Of a DNA stretch of 14,424 nt, positions 8,436 through 14,424 are shown piece after piece; the first letter of the stretch is position 1; each line of letters begins with the position of its first letter. This stretch comes from an uncultured Verrucomicrobiae bacterium (GTDB lineage: Bacteria > Verrucomicrobiota > Verrucomicrobiia > Limisphaerales > JAFGQR01). The translations under genes and the position numbers were made by a program. The notes beneath the pieces were generated by a model, which saw only the letters and a list, made by a program, of their open reading frames with translations, ran no database searches and was not told the DNA's origin. Location: positions 1 through 14,424 of the forward strand of contig CAWBHS010000005.1 in the NCBI GenBank assembly GCA_963788655.1, in the 5' to 3' direction.

Positions 8436-9460
8436 AGCGCCACCTCCGCGGTCTCTTGCGTGACCGGAACGGCCCGGGCCGGCGCTTCGGCGGGTGCCGG
8501 ATTCCATGCGCTGCCGAACCACTCGAGCAACAACGGCAACAGGCACAACCCCGCCGCGCATGCCGCCAATACAATGATGGCCACCACCCGCAAGTTGACC
8601 CGGAACTTATCGCTGCGCGAGTCGGGGGCCGTCAGGTAGTGAAGCCATTCGCTGGGCACCTGCTTGATGTTGCCGTCGTGATATTGACCGCCCAGCCGGC
8701 GCGCCAGTTGCGCCAAAGTCGCGTGGTCCTGACGGGACAGGTGCCCGTCGATGAACGTGCCACGACGGGCGTCTCCGACGCCGACGAAGATCGTCTCCGC
8801 CACCGCTGACGGCATCGGCTTGAGCCCCGTGTCCGGCACCGCGTCGCCGTCCGTGAGCACCAGGAACGTGGTGCTCTTGCGCGGGAAATCCTTAACCATT
8901 TCGCCGGCATGATTCAGCGACTTCACCAAGTCGGTCTTGCCCGGACGATACGCGATGTGCAACGGCAGGTTATCCGCAAAGTTCCAGATCACTTCCCGGT
9001 CAGCGCACTCCTTCACCAGGAGCATCGCATCGGTGTAGAAACACGCCATAGTGATCTTCACCGCGTCGCTGGCCGCGCGTTCCATCACGGATTTCAACAA
9101 CGCGGCTGCCCGCTCGCGCCGCGTCTCACTACCGCTTTCGCCGGCGTCTTTCAACTCCATGCTGGGCGACACATCGAGCAGCACCATGAGATGCCGTGTG
9201 GCGGCAGCATGCTGCTCGTGGGAGCGACTCGAGCCCTCGAAGGCCAGCAGCACCACCAAGGCCCAGACCACGCCCGCCAAAGCCAGTACCCGGGTGAGCG
9301 GAACCAGCTTGGCCCACGCGCGTGGCCGGGCGGTCGGACCGAACGCCAGCAGCGCCACGCGGCGACAGCGCCGCGCATGCAGCGCCTCCGCAAACGCAGC
9401 CAAGCCGGCGGTGCCCAGGGCAGCCCAAATCGCGTAAGTCATGAGGTCTTCGGTCAACAT
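8432..9460 (-). CDS. Membrane-anchored von Willebrand factor A domain protein (BatB-like), ~342 aa
   Basis: Two N-terminal hydrophobic segments, MIDAS LDVSPSM...GKTDL...LTDGD, C-terminal TM. Start at 9460 (7 bp after the upstream stop) or 9442. Confidence 0.85.
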   Translation of the reverse strand: MLTEDLMTYAIWAALGTAGLAAFAEALHARRCRRVALLAFGPTARPRAWAKLVPLTRVLALAGVVWALVVLLAFEGSSRSHEQHAAATRHLMVLLDVSPSMELKDAGESGSETRRERAAALLKSVMERAASDAVKITMACFYTDAMLLVKECADREVIWNFADNLPLHIAYRPGKTDLVKSLNHAGEMVKDFPRKSTTFLVLTDGDAVPDTGLKPMPSAVAETIFVGVGDARRGTFIDGHLSRQDHATLAQLARRLGGQYHDGNIKQVPSEWLHYLTAPDSRSDKFRVNLRVVAIIVLAACAAGLCLLPLLLEWFGSAWNPAPAEAPARAVPVTQETAEVAL

Positions 9461-9467
9461 ACGGAGC

Positions 9468-10385
9468 CTACCACGGAGTGTATCGCAAGCCAAACAACGT
9501 CATTAACCACAATCCCGCCGCCCCCAGCCCCGCCAACGCCAACGGCCGGTAATAGTCCACCCAGTCCGCCGTCACCGGTTTGAACCGCGCTTTCTGCATC
9601 TGATCGATCTCATGGAACACCGAAACGAGCGCGCCCGGGTCTTCGGCACGAAACACCTTGCCATTGGTGAACGCGGCAATCGTGTAGATGCCATCCCCGC
9701 TGAACCGGTCGTTCCCCACCATGATGGTGAACACGCGAATCTTTGCCTCGGCCAACGACTGCGCAATCTGCCGGTCGCGTCCCCCGCTGAAGTCGGCGCT
9801 GGAGCCATCCGTGATCAGGATGATGGCGCGGTCACCCTCGCGGCTGCGCACCAGCCGGTCCTTGCAGCCGCCCAGCGCCCGCCCGATGAACGTGCCCCCA
9901 AACCATGGCAGCGACCGCGCGGGTTTGATAAACGGCAGGGCGTGGCGGATCGCCGAGAGTTCCTTGGTAGGCGGAAACCAGTGCAGGTACTCGTTGCCAA
10001 AAACGGTTAAACCGAACGCATCACCTTGACGGTATTCACCGAACTGCCGCGCCGCGGCCATCGCCGCCTCGAAACGAGTCGTTCCTCCAAAACGCATCGA
10101 CATCGAGCCGGACATGTCGAGGCAGATGATGATGTTGTTCAGAATGCGTTCGTTCTCCGGCGGCGCCGGCCGCCGGGGCCCTGCCAATATCAGCACGCCC
10201 ACGGCCAGCAGCACCGCCGGCAACGACTGGGCGAGGTTCACCAGCGCTCCCAGCCGACGGCCCTCGCGCTGTTGCCCGTGGTCAAACGGCAACACCAGTG
10301 GCTGACCGCGCCGGCCCCAATGCCAGAAACCCCACACCACCGGCAGGGCCAGCAACCACAGTATGGCGGGGTGATGAAAACTCAT
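9468..10385 (-). CDS. BatA-like von Willebrand factor A domain membrane protein, 305 aa
   Basis: Start MSFHHPAILWLLALP (BatA-type F..P..LWLL N-terminus, ATGA overlap), LAGPR motif, MIDAS LDMSGSM...TRFEAA...GGTFIGRAL...ILITDG, C-terminal TM ending RYTPW. Confidence 0.9.
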   Translation of the reverse strand: MSFHHPAILWLLALPVVWGFWHWGRRGQPLVLPFDHGQQREGRRLGALVNLAQSLPAVLLAVGVLILAGPRRPAPPENERILNNIIICLDMSGSMSMRFGGTTRFEAAMAAARQFGEYRQGDAFGLTVFGNEYLHWFPPTKELSAIRHALPFIKPARSLPWFGGTFIGRALGGCKDRLVRSREGDRAIILITDGSSADFSGGRDRQIAQSLAEAKIRVFTIMVGNDRFSGDGIYTIAAFTNGKVFRAEDPGALVSVFHEIDQMQKARFKPVTADWVDYYRPLALAGLGAAGLWLMTLFGLRYTPW

Positions 10386-11221
10386 GGGTGGCGATACGGT
10401 TCCAGCAGCAACGTGATTTCCGCCGGCGTTGCGCCTTCGCGACGGTGTAGCCATCGTTCCAAGGCGCGGAGCAGCGCGCCCGCTTCGGCATGGGCCTTCA
10501 GGCACGACAAGGCCTCGATCATTCGCACGTCGGGCAAGGCCAGCTTCTCCCGCCAGAATCCCAGCAGCAGCCGCTCGAGCCGGGCCTTCCCATCCGCAGT
10601 CAGCTTGCCCTGCGCCGCCGCTTCGACCAACGGACGCAGCCGCTCGGCCAGCGAGGGCGGCGGGACCACGGGCGCTAACATGACCGGCCGCCGCTTTCGT
10701 CCGGCCACCACGAAGACGATCCAACCGCCCACCCACATCACGCCCAGTAAAACCAGGAACGCACGATACCCGCCCACGAACGGAAACGGTCGCACGACCT
10801 CGGGCGCAAGCTGCCCATTATGATCGTCCGGCAACAACGCGCGCACCACCAGTTGCTTCCCGTTCAGTTCATCCGGACGCCCACCATCCGCTCGAATGAG
10901 GTAGTCCGCCAGGTTGTAGGTGCCCGGTTCGAGGCCCATGAAGAAGAAGTCGTAGCGATAGAGCGCGTTGGTCAGGGGCGTGACATGATCGAGACGCACA
11001 ATCAATTCCGTGCGGTCGTCCAGCGGTCGCGGTCGATAGTCCGGCCGCGGCAACGTGACCGAGGCCTCGCCTTCAATGCCGATGTGGCTCGGCGGGGCGC
11101 TCTTCGTGGTAGTGGCGGTGGCCGCGCAAACGCCAGCGCATAGGAACACTGCCATTGCCAGACTTAACGCGCTGACAGCCCGAGCCCCAATCCCTCGCCA
11201 GTGGAACCCGCTTACCTTCAT
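10382..11221 (-). CDS. Single-pass membrane protein of the MoxR operon (exported beta-rich domain, TM, cytoplasmic helical tail), 279 aa
   Basis: ATG at 11221 overlaps the DUF58 TGA (ATGA). Signal-like ALSLAMAVFLCAGVCAA, beta-rich YRYDFFFMGLEPGTYNL, TM AFLVLLGVMWVGGWIVFVVAG followed by RKRR, helical tail. Confidence 0.8.
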   Translation of the reverse strand: MKVSGFHWRGIGARAVSALSLAMAVFLCAGVCAATATTTKSAPPSHIGIEGEASVTLPRPDYRPRPLDDRTELIVRLDHVTPLTNALYRYDFFFMGLEPGTYNLADYLIRADGGRPDELNGKQLVVRALLPDDHNGQLAPEVVRPFPFVGGYRAFLVLLGVMWVGGWIVFVVAGRKRRPVMLAPVVPPPSLAERLRPLVEAAAQGKLTADGKARLERLLLGFWREKLALPDVRMIEALSCLKAHAEAGALLRALERWLHRREGATPAEITLLLEPYRHP

Positions 11222-12078
11222 TGCCCAGCCCTCCGTGTATCGCCGCGCGACTTCAAGAAATGCCGCAGCCGGGGGAGAATTGGCTGGTCGATGGACAGCC
11301 GCAAATAGTCCACCCCCGCGCGTGACAACGCATGGCTGGTGTGCTCCCCGAACCAGCGGCTGAGCCCGTGCGCGACAAACGCCCGGCCCGTTTCCGCTTC
11401 GCGTGCGCGGTAGATGCCGCCGCCAATGCGCCCGCGCTCGGCGGGATCCTCGAGGTGGAGCACGATGCAATCATGGTTCTGCGCGACGAACTGGATGGCG
11501 GGAATGGCGTCCGGATCGTGCAGGTCGCTCAGGACGACGAACAGGCAGCGCCGCCCCACGCGCGGAACCAGCTCGCGCAGCCGCCGGCCCAAGGTGGTAT
11601 TACCGGCCTCATCGGGATGACGAAGTTGGTGCAACCATTGCATGATCGAATGGCGCGACAACGTCGGCGGGTGATGCAGGTCCCGCTCGCCGACCGTTTT
11701 GAGTCCCACCGGGTTCATGTGATCGAGCGCCGCCAGGGCAAGACCGCCCGCGATCCGCACGGCCCACGCGTATTTACTGACCGGCTGCGAACTGACGCAC
11801 ATCGACGCCGATGTGTCCACCAACAGATAGACGGGCATCTGGCGCGGCGCCTCATACTCCTTCACGTGAAATTTTCCGGTGCGCGCCGTGACACGCCAGT
11901 CGATGCCTTTGACCGGGTCGCCGGGAAGATACGGACGGGACTGCACGTACTCGATGCCCGCCCCCAGGAACGGGGAACTTTCCTGACCGTAGCAAAGCGC
12001 GTTCGCCAGGCGCCGCACGACAATCTCGAACTGCCGCGCATCGAGCGGATCGTGGGTCAGTGGCGCCGTCGGCTGCAT
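11218..12078 (-). CDS. DUF58 domain (VWA-like) protein, MoxR-associated, 286 aa
   Basis: GAGIEYVQSRPYLPGDPVKGIDWRVTARTGKFHVKEYE is the DUF58 signature; MIDAS-like VDTSASM and LSDLHD; starts 7 bp after the moxR stop. Confidence 0.95.
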   Translation of the reverse strand: MQPTAPLTHDPLDARQFEIVVRRLANALCYGQESSPFLGAGIEYVQSRPYLPGDPVKGIDWRVTARTGKFHVKEYEAPRQMPVYLLVDTSASMCVSSQPVSKYAWAVRIAGGLALAALDHMNPVGLKTVGERDLHHPPTLSRHSIMQWLHQLRHPDEAGNTTLGRRLRELVPRVGRRCLFVVLSDLHDPDAIPAIQFVAQNHDCIVLHLEDPAERGRIGGGIYRAREAETGRAFVAHGLSRWFGEHTSHALSRAGVDYLRLSIDQPILPRLRHFLKSRGDTRRAGQ

Positions 12079-12085
12079 GCGCTGA

Positions 12086-13057
12086 TTACCCCAGTTGCTT
12101 CAGCAGTTCCTCGAGGACATTGGCCGCCTTTTGGCCTTCGGCCAGCGCCTCGTAGGTGAGCCGGATTCGATGGAGCACGACGTCCTCCGCCAGCGCAAAC
12201 AGATCCTCTGGCACGACATAGTCGCGGTTCAGCACGAACGCCCGCGCCCGCGCCGCCTGTACGATCGCCAAACCGGCGCGCGGCGAACAGCCCAGTTCGA
12301 TCGCCGGATGCGTGCGCGTCAGCCGCACAAACTCGACGCAGTGTTTCATGAAGACGTTGCTGACATGCACGCGCTGCACCGCCTCCATCGCCGCCACCAG
12401 TTCCGCCTGGTGGCACACGGGTTCGTTTCCAATCATGTCGAACGCCGTTTTGGGCACCGCACCGCCCTCGGTGTGCTTCAGGCCCATTTGGAGCTGGCGC
12501 CGCAAGACTTCTTCCTCCTGCGGCGGCGTGGGATAGGTCAGTCGGTGGCACAGCATGAAACGATCAAGCTGCGCTTCGGGCAACTCGAACGTTCCCGCCT
12601 GCTCGACCGGGTTCTGCGTGGCGATGACGAGGAACGGCACCGGCAAGGGATAGCGAGTGTTGCCGATGGTGACTTTGCGCTCCTGCATCGCCTCGAGCAG
12701 CGCGCTCTGCACCTTGGGCGCGGCCCGGTTGATTTCGTCCGCGAGCAGCAGGTTGGTAAAGGCCGGCCCCTTGTGGGTGCGAAACTTCCCCGTGGCCTGG
12801 TCGAGAATCTCCGAGCCCAGGATGTCCGAAGGCAGCATGTCGATGGTGAACTGCACGCGGCTGAACTGGAGATCCACCGCGCGGGCCACAGCGTTAACCA
12901 GCAGGGTCTTGGCGGTTCCGGGCACGCCGACGAGCAGCAGATGCCCCCCGGTCAACAGCGCCACCACCATGCGCTCCACCACCGTGTCTTGCCCGACCAC
13001 CACTTCCGCGACACGCTCGCGAACCGCATGAACAAAGTTTTCGTTTGGAACGGTCAT
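12086..13057 (-). CDS. moxR: MoxR-family AAA+ ATPase, 323 aa
   Basis: VVGQD, Walker A GVPGTAKT, RVQFTIDMLPSDILG, Walker B LLADEINRA, ATQNPVEQAGTFELPEAQLDRF, SPRA, VLHRI. Likely start ATG at 13057 (MTVPNENF); the upstream extension in the ORF track does not look MoxR-like. Confidence 0.96.
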   Translation of the reverse strand: MTVPNENFVHAVRERVAEVVVGQDTVVERMVVALLTGGHLLLVGVPGTAKTLLVNAVARAVDLQFSRVQFTIDMLPSDILGSEILDQATGKFRTHKGPAFTNLLLADEINRAAPKVQSALLEAMQERKVTIGNTRYPLPVPFLVIATQNPVEQAGTFELPEAQLDRFMLCHRLTYPTPPQEEEVLRRQLQMGLKHTEGGAVPKTAFDMIGNEPVCHQAELVAAMEAVQRVHVSNVFMKHCVEFVRLTRTHPAIELGCSPRAGLAIVQAARARAFVLNRDYVVPEDLFALAEDVVLHRIRLTYEALAEGQKAANVLEELLKQLG

Positions 13058-13272
13058 CAGCTTACAAGTTGCTCGTGAGCATCGCCGCTTATCCCGCCCG
13101 GTCAAGCCCAACGTGCGGCAAATTTGGAATTGTGATTGGCACGAATCATTTCGCGGATCAGGCGGATCATTATTGCCAACCACAAGTATTTCCATGGCCC
13201 GGCACGATACATTGAATCACAGTCAATTGCTGATGGCCGAACGAGCGTGGGAAACCAATGCGTTCCGTTCCA

Positions 13273-14424
13273 TCAACGAACGGATTCCGTCGCCATGGGT
13301 TGGCCGGGTATGAAAATGCTGGCGCCGCCTGGGGCGGTGGGAATCACACGATCGGACGCAATGCCCCACAGGTTCCATTGGCCATCGATGTAGTTACCGT
13401 TGGCCGGCAACGGGCAGGCTTGCGCGTACAGATACCACCGGCCATTGATCGGATACAGCGCCGGAGTAGCTACATGATAGATCGTGTCGTCTCGGTACAG
13501 TCCCTCCCACTTTGTTTGGAGCACGGTATCCACATCCATTTGCACCCAACCGCGGGCAGGATGTTCGCTCACCGCGATGACGGGGCGCCAGCGTTTGCCG
13601 GCTGAAATGCCGACCTCCATGGTGAGCACGTAGGTGTTGCCCAGTTTGAAAACCTGGTGCCACTCGTAGTAGGCACCGGGCGTGGACGTAAAAATCTGGC
13701 CCATGCCCCGCGGGTCTTTTTCGTTGAAGTGCCGCGTCCAGTGCTTCCCGTCACGCGAGGTGGCCAAGCGGAGACCAGGCAGGATGCCATCCTTGCCGCG
13801 GTAGGAGTAATACATGAACCAATCCCACCGTTGCGCCTTCGCATCCCATTCGCGCAGCACCGCCGATTGCGAGGCCATCTGCTCGAAATACGGTGCCGCC
13901 GGCTCGGGCGCGAGCACCGGTTGCGAACCGACCCGCCGAATCGCCGCCGGGGTGATACCCGAATACCCGTCGGCTCCGGCCGGGCATAAGGCCAGACCGA
14001 TCCGGTCCTGAACTGAGGCCGTGGTGCCGGAGTAGTAAATGTAGTAAGCATCTTCCTCGGGAAGGTAGAGAACGGCATCGAGCCGGATGCTTCCGGAATC
14101 CCAGCCTACTTGTCCGGGGCCGAACACCGGATTGCGCGCATCCTGGTGCCAGGTAAGCGGCTCAGACTTGAGCGCCCACGCTTTGCCGATGAAGCACCGG
14201 CTCCGGTTGGTCGCCGGCACGCCCGAGTAGAACATCACCAAACGCGTCGGATCTTGGGATTGGGCAGGATACATGGCTCCTGCACCTGCTGCGACTCCCA
14301 GGCGGCGTCGCTGCGGCTGACGATGATTTTCCCGCGGATGGACTTCGCCGGAACAGCCGCGTATGCGGCGTCGCTCTGCGAGGTCAGAGCAAACAATTGG
14401 AGCCCGACAACGAGCGCGATAAAG
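13273..14424 (-). CDS. Secreted five-bladed beta-propeller glycoside hydrolase-like protein (GH43/GH32/GH130-like fold); start lies beyond the window, one frameshift near 14253
   Basis: From the window end: FIALVVGLQLFALTSQSDAAYAA (signal-like)...AAWESQQVQEPCILPNPK-[shift]-DPTRLVMFYSG. Blade repeats NPVFGPG..WDS..IRLD..YYIYYSG; WFMYYSYRG...LATSRDGKHW; YYEWHQV; HVATP..WYLYAQA. Confidence 0.75.
   Translation of the reverse strand, partial: LYRARCRAPIVCSDLAERRRIRGCSGEVHPRENHRQPQRRRLGVAAGAGAMYPAQSQDPTRLVMFYSGVPATNRSRCFIGKAWALKSEPLTWHQDARNPVFGPGQVGWDSGSIRLDAVLYLPEEDAYYIYYSGTTASVQDRIGLALCPAGADGYSGITPAAIRRVGSQPVLAPEPAAPYFEQMASQSAVLREWDAKAQRWDWFMYYSYRGKDGILPGLRLATSRDGKHWTRHFNEKDPRGMGQIFTSTPGAYYEWHQVFKLGNTYVLTMEVGISAGKRWRPVIAVSEHPARGWVQMDVDTVLQTKWEGLYRDDTIYHVATPALYPINGRWYLYAQACPLPANGNYIDGQWNLWGIASDRVIPTAPGGASIFIPGQPMATESVR

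Noticed and set aside
3888..13057. Anti-phage or secretion-system interpretation of the MoxR-VWA operon
   Set aside because: No nuclease, effector, toxin or secretion-core motifs were seen; gene order and membrane anchors fit the Bat-type MoxR-proper class.
1090..13078. Long plus-strand ORFs (e.g. 1090..1929, 2147..3493, 4680..5720, 6155..7048, 12095..13078)
   Set aside because: They are antisense shadows of well-supported minus-strand genes, expected in GC-rich DNA, and show no recognizable motifs.
13058..13195. N-terminal extension of MoxR, and similar extensions of ORFs 10382..11470, 9468..10736 and 7692..8561
   Set aside because: The extensions lack family features or overlap upstream genes; downstream ATGs give typical N-termini and, for three genes, ATGA coupling.
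13137..13216. Sigma-54-like TGGCACG/CGGCACG motifs
   Set aside because: Neither has GC at the required GG-N10-GC spacing, and both point away from moxR.

Overview
GC-rich bacterial DNA, probably PVC superphylum (Verrucomicrobiota-like; inferred from gene content and repeat types). Left end: a disrupted yjbQ (+) converging on a secreted clan GH-A glycoside hydrolase (-) whose 3' half is split by six single-base frameshifts. Next come a short repeat-bearing spacer, a secreted TlpA-type thioredoxin-TPR protein (-), and an intergenic composite of a hairpin and an inverted pair of REP/BoxC-like repeats. The centre (3888-13057, minus strand) is a tightly coupled seven-gene MoxR/Bat-like operon: MoxR AAA+ ATPase, DUF58 VWA, a single-pass membrane protein, two membrane-anchored VWA proteins (BatA/BatB-like), a TPR-like protein, and a ~1260-aa exported single-pass protein hidden across four ORFs by three frameshifts. 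Right end: a secreted five-bladed beta-propeller glycoside hydrolase-like gene that runs off the window. Eleven frameshifts, seven of them in the first 1.1 kb, look more like consensus errors than gene decay. The best candidate for an under-described system is the MoxR-VWA operon with its giant terminal protein and the adjacent thioredoxin.
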